Positions 1 to 8,522 of a stretch of 64,000 bases of DNA are shown piece after piece (within the stretch, counting starts at the first letter, position 1; each line of letters begins with the position of its first letter). Under the pieces are notes generated by a model. That model saw nothing but the letters and a program-made list of their open reading frames with translations, did no database searches and was not told where the DNA came from. Both the position numbers and the translations under genes were made by a program. Source of the DNA: an uncultured Thermoplasmatales archaeon (GTDB taxonomy: Archaea > Thermoplasmatota > SW-10-69-26); NCBI GenBank assembly GCA_964396185.1, contig CAYNEI010000013.1:1528-65527 (forward strand), written 5' to 3'.

Positions 1-489
1 GAGGCGGGTCTCGAGGTCACGCACATCGTGCTCACGCACAGCCACCGCGACCACATCGCTGCGCTCGGACCCACCCGTGAGCGCACCGAGGCCCAGCTCG
101 TCGCACACCCCAAGTCCCCGCTCTCCCCCGACATCCCTGCCGAGCACGGCGCGCCGATCGAGCTCGCCGGCGTCGAGATCACTCCCTACCATACGCCAGG
201 GCACGCCCCGGACCATGTCGCCTTCGTCATCGACGACGCCTACCTGCTCAGCGGTGACGCCTTGTTCATCGGGGAATGCGGGCGCGTGGACCTCCCCGGC
301 TCGGACGTCGAGGCCATGTGGCACACCCTCATGGAGGTGCTCCCCGCTCTGGCAGGCCACCTCGTGGTCTGCCCGGGCCACGACTACGGACCCGAGCCGA
401 CGCGAACGCTCTTCGAGGAGCTCGACGAGAACTACACCCTCGAGAAGCGCGACCTGGAGGCGTTCAAGCGGTTCATGGCCGAGCCTTGA
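1..489 (+). CDS. MBL-fold metallo-hydrolase (glyoxalase II / persulfide dioxygenase-like), 5' end outside window
   Basis: THSHRDH (HxHxDH) motif, TPGH, SGDALF, PGHDYG; frame is open from position 1. Confidence 0.85.
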   Translation, partial: EAGLEVTHIVLTHSHRDHIAALGPTRERTEAQLVAHPKSPLSPDIPAEHGAPIELAGVEITPYHTPGHAPDHVAFVIDDAYLLSGDALFIGECGRVDLPGSDVEAMWHTLMEVLPALAGHLVVCPGHDYGPEPTRTLFEELDENYTLEKRDLEAFKRFMAEP

Positions 490-659
490 CAACTCCCCCG
501 ACAACCCTGATCACGAAGGGCACGAAGGGGTCACCAAGGACGCGAAGACGTTCGGAACAGGAACCGAACAAGGGGACAGGGCACGGTTCCCTAGGTCTCC
601 TTGGTTCCCTTGGTGCCCTTTGAGCCCCTTCGTGTCCTTCGTGATCTAGGTCGTTGTCA
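487..659. repeat. Long imperfect hairpin filling the gap between two convergent genes
   Basis: gatcacgaagggcacgaagggg (509-530) pairs with ccccttcgtgtccttcgtgatc (625-646), one mismatch; outer tgacaac/gttgtca arms include both stop codons. Confidence 0.8.
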
Positions 660-1079
660 GAACGGCCCCTTCTCGGTGACCGGCGGCTCGCCTGCGCGCA
701 CGAACTCGTACCGCAACGGCACCTCGTGCTGGTGGCCCGAGCGGTACGGGCACCGGGAGCACCTTGTCCCCACCACCGTCTCCCCGCCGGTGAGCGTCCG
801 GTTCGCTACCCGGTCGAGCTCCTGCCCGCACACGGGGCAAGCCTCTCGGGCTGGCTCGTGGGTGGTCCCCGTGCGCACACGCACCTGCACGATCCCCTCC
901 TCGACGGCCAGCTTGCGCACCCGCTGTTCGCTCACCCGGACCTCATGCTCGCCGGTCTGCTGGAGCTGGGCCCGCACGAGCTGAGCCAGCCGGTGCTGAC
1001 TCTCCACGATGGGCTCTCGGGCCAGCACGGCCTGGAGGGCATCGATCACGTGGTCGTCGTCAGCGACCCGGTACGCCAC
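657..1079 (-). CDS. Hypothetical Zn-ribbon protein
   Basis: CPVC...CSRC pair; GTG at 1079 with AT-rich TATA-like cttaattaa about 25 nt upstream. Confidence 0.7.
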   Translation of the reverse strand: MAYRVADDDHVIDALQAVLAREPIVESQHRLAQLVRAQLQQTGEHEVRVSEQRVRKLAVEEGIVQVRVRTGTTHEPAREACPVCGQELDRVANRTLTGGETVVGTRCSRCPYRSGHQHEVPLRYEFVRAGEPPVTEKGPF

Positions 1080-1109
1080 ACTCGCGCGTAGCCCTGACAC
1101 ATCTTAATT

Positions 1110-1394
1110 AACCCTACTTGTGACGGATAGCGGAACCCGCGTCGCCCTGGGCGTGAAGCTCCGCAAGGAGGGAGAGGAAGGCAACCCCGGAGGGGTTGTC
1201 GACGGACCCCGACGCCGCGCGGCGAGCGCCCAGGGCGACCCGAAGGGCCGCGCAACAGGCGCCCGATGCCGCCCTCGACCCGGGCTGCGGCGCCGGATCC
1301 TCGAAAGGGCCTCCGGCCCTTCCTTGCGGTCCGGCTTCTTGCCTTCGAACGCCTGTCGCCCGGCGCGGGCCCGATATCCGCCACAAGTAGGGTT
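1110..1394 (-). ncRNA. Candidate structured ncRNA (unidentified; alternative reading is a MITE)
   Basis: 20-bp terminal helix 1110-1129/1375-1394 (G-U on minus strand), perfect 13-bp helix 1141-1153/1227-1239, UUCG/UCCG loops, crossing helices; intergenic. Confidence 0.6.
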
Positions 1395-1459
1395 GAAGGA
1401 CCACGGAAGATGTCGAGCCCAGGGAGGGGCTCATAAGGGGGAGCGCCCATCGAGCCGGC

Positions 1460-2002
1460 GTGCCGTCGTTCATCGTCCACGGGCTGATCCCGCTGCTCCT
1501 ACTCTTGGCGCTGCGGCTCACCTCGGTCAGGGTCGCTCTCCTGATGCTCCCGTTCACCTGGCTGGCTGACCTGGACTACTGGTTCGGGTTCCATAGGGCG
1601 ACGACGAGCAACATCTTCTGGCTCCTCCCGTTCCTGCTCGCCTGGTACCTCTGGCGCGAGCACCGGCCGACCTGGGCCCCGTACGCCGCGGTGGCCTCCT
1701 ACTACCTGGCCAGCCACATGATCCTGGACATCTTCGCCGGCGGCGTGGTGCTCTTCTGGCCGCTGTGGGACCAGACGTTCTTCTGGCAGATCCTGGTGCT
1801 CGTGAACACGCAGACCGGCGAGACCGACGTGGTCAACGACCCCGGCAGCTTCGAGGGCGTCCCCGAGGTCGCGGAAGTCTTCGCCTGGATCAGCCCCTTC
1901 GAGGCCGCCATGCTGGCGCTCACCGTGATCGTCGTGGGCGCCACGCTGCTATACCGCCACTGGCCTACGCGCACGGTCCCGGTGCTAGAGGAGATCGAGT
2001 AG
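1460..2002 (+). CDS. Membrane-bound metal-dependent hydrolase (YdjM/DUF457-like)
   Basis: N-terminal H, ADLD, HRATT and HMILD motifs with hydrophobic helices. Confidence 0.7.
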   Translation: MPSFIVHGLIPLLLLLALRLTSVRVALLMLPFTWLADLDYWFGFHRATTSNIFWLLPFLLAWYLWREHRPTWAPYAAVASYYLASHMILDIFAGGVVLFWPLWDQTFFWQILVLVNTQTGETDVVNDPGSFEGVPEVAEVFAWISPFEAAMLALTVIVVGATLLYRHWPTRTVPVLEEIE

Positions 2003-2058
2003 AGCGGACGGTGGCGGCTTCAACACGAAGGCCCTCGTGAACTTCGTGTTGAGGCAGG

Positions 2059-2619
2059 TTACACCGAGGCAGCCAGCGGGTCCTCGGTCAACCCCTCCCC
2101 GAACACCTCGTAGTAGTGCTCCAGGAAACTGTGCAGGGGCCGGCCGTGGTCCCAGCGCAGTACGTAGGTGCCCGAGTCGGTGGTGGGGAGCTGGGGGGTG
2201 CGGCGCGCGATGATGTTGGCCCGCCGGTCCAGCCCATCGATGGGAAGCGAGAAGACGCGCCAGGGGTCGGTCTTGCGGTGACCTTTGAGACGGAAGGCGT
2301 AGAGGGCCAGGGTGCCTGTGGCGCCAGCGATGTCAGCCAGCTCCTGGGCCTGCTCGTGGAGTGCGCCCGAGGATTCGCTGAAGTGCACCGTGTCTCGACC
2401 GGCGGCTTTGACCTCCACGATGAAGGCGAACCCACCCCGCATGGCCACGAGATCACCCGTCCCCAGCGAGCCCGCGGCTCGCACGACAAGGAACGGATCG
2501 GTCATAGGCTGGCGGTAGGCTCGCACCACACTGGGGGAGCCTGTGCGCGTCATCTTCTCGATGGTGCCCTGGTCGCCTGCGAGCACGCCGCGTAACTCAC
2601 GTTCGTATGCGTGTCCCAT
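2059..2619 (-). CDS. hjc: Archaeal Holliday junction resolvase
   Basis: G..YERELR, VRAAGS, GDLVA, IVEVK (PD-(D/E)xK nuclease). Confidence 0.8.
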   Translation of the reverse strand: MGHAYERELRGVLAGDQGTIEKMTRTGSPSVVRAYRQPMTDPFLVVRAAGSLGTGDLVAMRGGFAFIVEVKAAGRDTVHFSESSGALHEQAQELADIAGATGTLALYAFRLKGHRKTDPWRVFSLPIDGLDRRANIIARRTPQLPTTDSGTYVLRWDHGRPLHSFLEHYYEVFGEGLTEDPLAASV

Positions 2620-2771
2620 CCCGGTACGAGTCAGGGGGGGTCGGCGTATCTATCTAGCGGTTCCATCCACGGTCGAGGCCGAGATGAAACCGACAAAGGC
2701 TTTTAACCCCGGACAGTAAGGGTTCCTTGGATGCACTTGCCCGACCCAGGGGAAGCTCACTAGGTGGGAAG

Positions 2772-3422
2772 ATGGCACTCGGTCAGAAACTCAGATCAGG
2801 CAACAAGCGAGGGCTCTTCGGATGGCTCCGAAGCGCTTTCGGGAAAGAACAGGCCAAGGTGGGCATCTATGGCCCACCGAACGCCGGGAAGACCACGTTG
2901 GCCAACCGCATCGTGCGGGATTGGGCCGGCGACGTGATGGGGGCTGCCAGCGAGGTGCCGCACGAGACGCGGCGCGCGCGGCGCAAGTCCAACATCCAGA
3001 TGAGCCACAACGGCTCCGGGCTCACTCTGGATATCGTGGACACGCCAGGCATCGCCACCAAGATCGACTTCCACGAGTTCGTGGAGGACCACGGCTACGA
3101 GGAGGGCGATGCCCGCAAGCGGGCCAAGGAGGCCACGGAAGGCGTGGTCGAGGCGATCCGTTGGCTCGACGATGTGGACGGCATCATCCTCGTGATGGAC
3201 GCCACCCTGGACCCGTTCAACCAGGTCAACGTCACCATCCTTGGCAACCTCGAGGCCAGGCGCCTGCCGGTGGTCATCGCGGCCAACAAGATCGACCTCC
3301 CGGACTCCTCGCCGGCGACCCTCAAGAACGCGTTCCCGCAGCACCCGGTGGTCCCGATCTCGGCGATCACAGGCTACAACATCGATCAGCTCTACGACAC
3401 CATGGTGGAGACCTTCAGGTAG
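2772..3422 (+). CDS. oapA: Era-like GTP-binding protein OapA
   Basis: GPPNAGKTT, DTPG, NKID; first gene of the conserved archaeal GTPase-DUF2073-Zn-ribbon trio. Confidence 0.85.
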   Translation: MALGQKLRSGNKRGLFGWLRSAFGKEQAKVGIYGPPNAGKTTLANRIVRDWAGDVMGAASEVPHETRRARRKSNIQMSHNGSGLTLDIVDTPGIATKIDFHEFVEDHGYEEGDARKRAKEATEGVVEAIRWLDDVDGIILVMDATLDPFNQVNVTILGNLEARRLPVVIAANKIDLPDSSPATLKNAFPQHPVVPISAITGYNIDQLYDTMVETFR

Positions 3423-3432
3423 GTGGTTCGAG

Positions 3433-3846
3433 ATGGACACCCAAGAAAGCGACGGCGGCGTCCGGATCAACCTCGTCTCCAAGGCCAAGCTCGACAGCTT
3501 GAGCCTGCAAGAGAAGATCCGGTTCATCCTGGACGAGGTCAAGCGCGACGTGATCCTGGTCCTCGAAGAGGGCCTGGACCCGAACGAGGAAGCCAAGCTC
3601 ATCGAATCCACCATGGTCGAGATCGACCCGGACGGGTTCGTGGGCATCGAGCTGGAGAGCCAGCGCGACCTCTCGAACCCAGGCATCATCGGCAAGCTCT
3701 TCCGCCGCAGCCAGTTCGGCGGCAAAGCCACCATGACCGTGGTCGGCCCGGCCGACAAGCTGCGCACCGTCTACAAGGACGGCGACTCCATCGAGGCCAT
3801 GGTGCTCAGCCAGCCCACGCCGGAAGCCGCAGGATCGGCCGCGTGA
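3433..3846 (+). CDS. oapB: DUF2073 family protein OapB
   Basis: EKIRFILDEV, LVLEEGLDP.EEAKLIE.TM.EIDPD.F.GIE, TVVGPA. Confidence 0.85.
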   Translation: MDTQESDGGVRINLVSKAKLDSLSLQEKIRFILDEVKRDVILVLEEGLDPNEEAKLIESTMVEIDPDGFVGIELESQRDLSNPGIIGKLFRRSQFGGKATMTVVGPADKLRTVYKDGDSIEAMVLSQPTPEAAGSAA

Positions 3847-3856
3847 GGTTGCCTTC

Positions 3857-4483
3857 ATGCCTCACCAGTGCCTGAGTTGCGGTGAAGCCTTCGAGGACGG
3901 GTCCACGGACCTACTCAAGGGCTGCCCAGGCTGCGAGGGGACCCGGTTCTTCTTCGTCGAGGAGCCGTTGGAAGCCGACCAGCGCGAGGAGCTCAAAGAG
4001 CAGGCCGACCAGAACGTCCACGAGATGCTGCGCGAGATCCTCTCCGAGAAGGAGAAACCCGACATGGACCAGGACATCTGGAGCCGGAAGGCCTGGGAGG
4101 ACTGGATCCGGATGCGGGCCGACGAGGACCCTGAGAAACTCCTTGAGGAGCTCGAGGAGAAGGGGGTCACCTTCAAGGCGACCACGGACGAGCAGGGGGC
4201 CATCGAGCCCCAGTCCGTCCAGGTCCGCCTGGACGATGTCGAGGAGGCCAGCGCGCCAGACGAGGATGAGACCGTTGAAGCGCCGGACCCGTTGGAAGCG
4301 ATCCAGGCCGAGCAAGCCGCGGGCCGTGAAGTCCGACCATCCACCCTGAACATCGTTAACCCTGGCGAGTACGAGATCGATGTCGAGCGGTTGATGGAGG
4401 ACAGCCCGGTCATCGTCGAACGGGATGGCTCGTACGTGATCCATCTGCCGAGTGTTTTCGAGAAGGGCGCGCGTCGGCGCTGA
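3857..4483 (+). CDS. oapC: Zn-ribbon protein OapC (DUF2072) with acidic insert
   Basis: MPHQCLSCG...GCPGCEG..F; C-terminal PGEYEIDVERL...GSYVIHL. Confidence 0.85.
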   Translation: MPHQCLSCGEAFEDGSTDLLKGCPGCEGTRFFFVEEPLEADQREELKEQADQNVHEMLREILSEKEKPDMDQDIWSRKAWEDWIRMRADEDPEKLLEELEEKGVTFKATTDEQGAIEPQSVQVRLDDVEEASAPDEDETVEAPDPLEAIQAEQAAGREVRPSTLNIVNPGEYEIDVERLMEDSPVIVERDGSYVIHLPSVFEKGARRR

Positions 4484-4795
4484 GAAAGAGGGAGAGGACC
4501 GGGACGCGGTGCGTCCCGGCCCTGATGGTCTGTGGACTCGGGGGTGGATCGATCGTCAAGCGTTCGGTAGGCACCTCCGTGAGCGCGGCGTTCGCAACGT
4601 CGTCTCCCTCTTGGTTCCCACTGCGAGGCCATGACCGCAGCCAGGACGGAAAAGCTCCACCAGGGAGCCACTTGGCTGCGACGGTGATGGTTCCCGCGCG
4701 CTTGTCCCCCCTTGCCCGAACTTTCTCCTCCTGAAAGTAGAAGCATCGGGGGAACCCTTTATGAAGCCGCCTCGGGTTACCAGGCCGCGCTTACC

Positions 4796-5776
4796 ATGAT
4801 GTTCGTCGAGAAGGTCGGGGTCGTCGGAGCCGGGACCATGGGTGCTGCCATCGCCGAGGTCATGGCGCTCAACGGGCACGAGGTCGTGCTCAAGGACATC
4901 AACGAGGAGTTCACGAAACAAGGGATGCAGACGATCCGCGGCATCCTGGATGAGCTCGTGGACTACCACGCCTCCAAGGCGGACAAGGCGATCGAGGCCA
5001 CCGAGCGCGACCTTGGCATCTCGCTGACCGACGAGCAGAAAGAGCACATCCGGGAGAGCAAGGCGCCCACGTACGACGCCGAGCGCGCCGAGCGCGTCTT
5101 CGAGAAGATCACCCCGACCACCAGCTACGACGACTTCGAGGACGTGGACATCGTCATCGAGGCCGTCGTGGAGGACCTCGACATCAAGCAACAGGTGTTC
5201 GCGGATCTCGAGGAGGCCACCGAGCGCCACGTCCCCCTGTGCACGAACACCTCCGTGCTCTCGGTCACCCAGATCGCCAGCGGCACCACCGATCGGCGCC
5301 AGAAAGTGCTCGGCGTCCACTTCTTCAACCCGCCCTACACCATGCCGCTCATCGAGGTCGTGCCCGCCCTGGAGACGCACAAAAGCGTCACCGAGAACGT
5401 GGTCAACTTCCTCGAGGAGCTGCGCAACCACCGCTACCCCATGCAGCCCGTGGTCGTGCAAGAGGGCCCCGGCTTCGTGGTCAACCGGGTGCTCGGCCGC
5501 GCCATGGCCGAGGCCTTCCTCATCTACGAAGAGGACCTGGCCTCTCCCCGGGCCATCGACCAGGCCATCCGGCAAGGACTGGGTTGGCCCATGGGGCCCC
5601 TGGAGCTGGCCGACCAGGTGGGCATCGATGTCATCCACCACGTCATGCAAGGCATGAAGGAGATGGGTGCCACCGGCCACCAACGCGAACCCCAGATCAT
5701 CAAGAAGCTCGTCTCGCTCGGACGGCTCGGCAAGAAGAGCGGCCGAGGCTTCTACGACTACTCAACGGAGCAATGA
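4796..5776 (+). CDS. 3-hydroxyacyl-CoA dehydrogenase
   Basis: GVVGAGTMG Rossmann motif, IEAVVEDL, TNTS, HFFNP, PGFVVNR, PMGPLELADQVG, LGKKSGRGFY. Confidence 0.95.
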   Translation: MMFVEKVGVVGAGTMGAAIAEVMALNGHEVVLKDINEEFTKQGMQTIRGILDELVDYHASKADKAIEATERDLGISLTDEQKEHIRESKAPTYDAERAERVFEKITPTTSYDDFEDVDIVIEAVVEDLDIKQQVFADLEEATERHVPLCTNTSVLSVTQIASGTTDRRQKVLGVHFFNPPYTMPLIEVVPALETHKSVTENVVNFLEELRNHRYPMQPVVVQEGPGFVVNRVLGRAMAEAFLIYEEDLASPRAIDQAIRQGLGWPMGPLELADQVGIDVIHHVMQGMKEMGATGHQREPQIIKKLVSLGRLGKKSGRGFYDYSTEQ

Positions 5777-6561
5777 TCCACATGGCAGAACTCGTCCAGA
5801 CGAAGGTAGAGGACAACCTTGCGCTCGTGACCCTGAACAACCCGCCCGTCAACGCCCTCTCCAGCTCGCTTCTCAAGGAGCTCGACGGCGTGCTCGACAA
5901 CCTCGAGGCCGATGAGAACGTCCGCTGCGTCGTCATCACGGGCTCGGGCACCAACGCCTTCTGCGCCGGTGCCGACGTCCAGGAGATGAGCGGGATGAGC
6001 CCGGAGGATGCCGCCGGCCAGGTCAAGCTCGGCAACGATGTCTTCCAGAAGATCCACGAGTTCCCGCATCCCGTCATCGCCGCGGTCAACAACCTCTGCC
6101 TCGGCGGGGGCTTGGAGCTTGCCAGCGCGTGCGATCTGCGCTTCTCCAGCGACCGCGCGCGCTTCGGCACCCCCGAGACCACCCTCGGGCTCATCCCAGC
6201 ATGGGGTGGCGTGCTGCGCCTGCCCCGCCTGCTCGGCGAGGCCAAGGCCAAGGAGATCATCTACACGGGCCAGATGATCAACGCCCAGGAAGCTCAGCGC
6301 ATCGGCCTGGTCAACAAGGTCGTCCCTGACGGCGACGAAGTGCGCGCAGCCCAGGACATCGCCAAGCGCATCGCGGTGAAGTCCTCGCCGCTCGCGGTCA
6401 CGAAGGCCAAGAGCGTGATCAACAAGGCCAACGACCACTCCATCGAGGACGGCTTCGGCTACGTGCTGGAGGCCATGGCCGAACTCGCCGACTCCCACGA
6501 CCTCGAAGAGGGTCTCACAGCCTTCGCCGAGAAGCGCCAACCCGAGTTCACTGGGAAGTGA
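5773..6561 (+). CDS. Enoyl-CoA hydratase
   Basis: LNNPPVNAL, FCAGAD, GGGLELASACD, FGTPE..LGLIP (both catalytic Glu present). Confidence 0.95.
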   Translation: MIHMAELVQTKVEDNLALVTLNNPPVNALSSSLLKELDGVLDNLEADENVRCVVITGSGTNAFCAGADVQEMSGMSPEDAAGQVKLGNDVFQKIHEFPHPVIAAVNNLCLGGGLELASACDLRFSSDRARFGTPETTLGLIPAWGGVLRLPRLLGEAKAKEIIYTGQMINAQEAQRIGLVNKVVPDGDEVRAAQDIAKRIAVKSSPLAVTKAKSVINKANDHSIEDGFGYVLEAMAELADSHDLEEGLTAFAEKRQPEFTGK

Positions 6562-6818
6562 CCGGGCTGAGCGACCCATCACCATCGGATCTCAGCGAGG
6601 GGACCGGCGAGCCCGGGCCGATCAAAGGTCCAGTCAAGGTGGAGCAGACCTTCCGCATCGACGGGCGCAAGCTCACCGTGCTAGTCACCCTGCCCAGCCA
6701 GGTCGCTGACGAGATCGGCATGGAGGCCGCCGTGCTGGCGGCCAACCGGGCCATCGTGACCATCGAGTCCAAGAACCACGAGGTCAAGAAGGTCCGCCGC
6801 AGCGACGTTGCGCCCTAA
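6558..6818 (+). CDS. Small hypothetical protein
   Basis: GTGA overlap with upstream stop; genome-typical codon usage. Confidence 0.55.
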   Translation: MTGLSDPSPSDLSEGTGEPGPIKGPVKVEQTFRIDGRKLTVLVTLPSQVADEIGMEAAVLAANRAIVTIESKNHEVKKVRRSDVAP

Positions 6819-6820
6819 GC

Positions 6821-7570
6821 TCACGAGGGGTTCTTGAGCTTCTTGAGCGCGCGCACGAGCTTGCCGAGCTCATCCAGCTCCCCATCCTCTGCCAGGGTGC
6901 CTGTGACAACCATGCTGGCCCCGGCCTGCGCGGCCTCGATCGCCTGCTGGGTGGATCGGATGCCGCCGCCCACGATGGTAGGCACCCCCGTCTCTGCTGC
7001 AGCCCGGATCAGCGCAGGGGGGACCGGGTCAGGAGCCCCGCTGCCAGCCTCCAGGTAGAGGGCATCGAAGCGCAACACCTTGGCCAGGCTCCCGTACCGT
7101 TTGACGCGCAGGGCACCACCGTCGTCCCTGGGCACCAGGTTGGCCTGGGTCACCTCGCCCACGGTCATGCCGGGCTCCACGATGACATAAGCGGTCGTGA
7201 TGGCATCGATGCCCGCGTCCAGGGCGGGGGAGGCACCCAGAGCCTGCTCCTCGATGATGAGCTCCTGGCGCGTGGAGTTGAAAGTCACCGTGAACAGGAT
7301 CCCGTCGAGTCCACCGGCCAGTTGGGTGTGGCTGGAGGGGAACAGGAAGAGCGGTGCCTCGGTGACGTTGCGGATCGCGTCCACGGTGGCCTGGACGCCT
7401 TGCCCCGTAACACCGGTGGAGCCACCGACGAGCACCAGGTCCGTTCCGGCAGCTGTGGAGACCTCGGCGATCTTAGCTGCATCGCTCGGGGAGCTCGAGG
7501 CGGGGTCGATGAGCACGGCGTGCAGCGGCGCGTCACCGCTCCCGGCCATGAGCTCGGCCCAGCGGCTCAC
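6821..7570 (-). CDS. Geranylgeranylglyceryl phosphate synthase (PcrB family)
   Basis: LIDP, VLVGGSTG, LFPSS, YLEAGSGA, VGGGIR; coupled to DGGGP synthase. Confidence 0.9.
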   Translation of the reverse strand: MSRWAELMAGSGDAPLHAVLIDPASSSPSDAAKIAEVSTAAGTDLVLVGGSTGVTGQGVQATVDAIRNVTEAPLFLFPSSHTQLAGGLDGILFTVTFNSTRQELIIEEQALGASPALDAGIDAITTAYVIVEPGMTVGEVTQANLVPRDDGGALRVKRYGSLAKVLRFDALYLEAGSGAPDPVPPALIRAAAETGVPTIVGGGIRSTQQAIEAAQAGASMVVTGTLAEDGELDELGKLVRALKKLKNPS

Positions 7571-8412
7571 GCGATCGCCCCCACGGTGAAGGCCACCAGG
7601 GCAACGAGCATCCCGAGCTTGGACCGGGTCTGGGCTTGGCCCGGCGTGGGTGCGATCACGGCGGCCAGGAAGACGAGGTCGGCTGCGGCCACGAGCCCCA
7701 AGAACGGCCAGCCGCCGAAGCCCACGAGCAGTGGGAGCGGTGAGAGCACGATGGCGACGAGGGTTGCTGCCTGGCCGAAGCGCACGGCGGCCGGGTCGCC
7801 CCATCGCTGGGCGACGGTGCGCCGACCCACATCGTGCGGGGCGTCCTCGGTGTCCTTCCATGCCTCTCGGCCCACGTTCGCGAAGAAAGACGCCCCAGCT
7901 AAAAAGCCAACGGGCCAGGGCGTTGAACCGTGGGCGATGGCACCGGCCACGAACGTCAACGCCACGAGCCCTGCCACGAGGAGGTTGCCGGCCAGCCCAG
8001 AGGCCTTGAGCCAGGCCTCGTACGCGAGCAAGGCCGCCGTGGCCAGCAGGACCAGGCCGAGCAGAGCCCAGGAGACCAGCCAAGCAGCCACCATGGCCAG
8101 CGTGAACGCCCCGGCAGCCAGGCTGGCGGCGCGCGTGGGGGTCACTCGCCCGGAAGGAAGGGGCCGAGTAGGGTGCGCCTGGGCGTCGACGTGGCGGTCG
8201 GTGACGTCGTTCATGGCGTTCCCGCCGGCGGTGACCAAGCCCGTGGCCACCACAGCCAACAGCACGGCCTGGCTGGGCCCCGCAGCACCTGCCACGATGG
8301 CTCCGATGGCTGCACCGGCACCAGCCATGGCAACGTTGCCTGGCCGGGCGAGCTCGACGAGCGCGCGAAGGCGGATCCGGATCGCAGGCCTGGAGGTCGA
8401 TGGGGCCATCAA
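7567..8412 (-). CDS. Digeranylgeranylglyceryl phosphate synthase (UbiA family)
   Basis: ARPGN, GNAMNDVTDRHVD..AHPTRPLPSGR, REAWKDTEDA..D. Confidence 0.9.
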   Translation of the reverse strand: MMAPSTSRPAIRIRLRALVELARPGNVAMAGAGAAIGAIVAGAAGPSQAVLLAVVATGLVTAGGNAMNDVTDRHVDAQAHPTRPLPSGRVTPTRAASLAAGAFTLAMVAAWLVSWALLGLVLLATAALLAYEAWLKASGLAGNLLVAGLVALTFVAGAIAHGSTPWPVGFLAGASFFANVGREAWKDTEDAPHDVGRRTVAQRWGDPAAVRFGQAATLVAIVLSPLPLLVGFGGWPFLGLVAAADLVFLAAVIAPTPGQAQTRSKLGMLVALVAFTVGAIA

Positions 8413-8522
8413 CGCTGCCGGAGAGGAGACCTTGGGGATTAGCCTTGCTCCATGGTGGCCCCTGTCGGGGCCGAGCCCGCGAAACGGACCCTTTATCCCG
8501 GGGGAGCTGGCATCCTAGCAGG

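Noticed and set aside
1110-1394. RNase P RNA or tmRNA
   Set aside because: Universally conserved regions and tRNA-like ends are absent on both strands.
2620-2770. Replication origin / ORB beside oapABC
   Set aside because: Only scattered gttcca and gaaac fragments; no repeated ORB with G-string and no cdc6.
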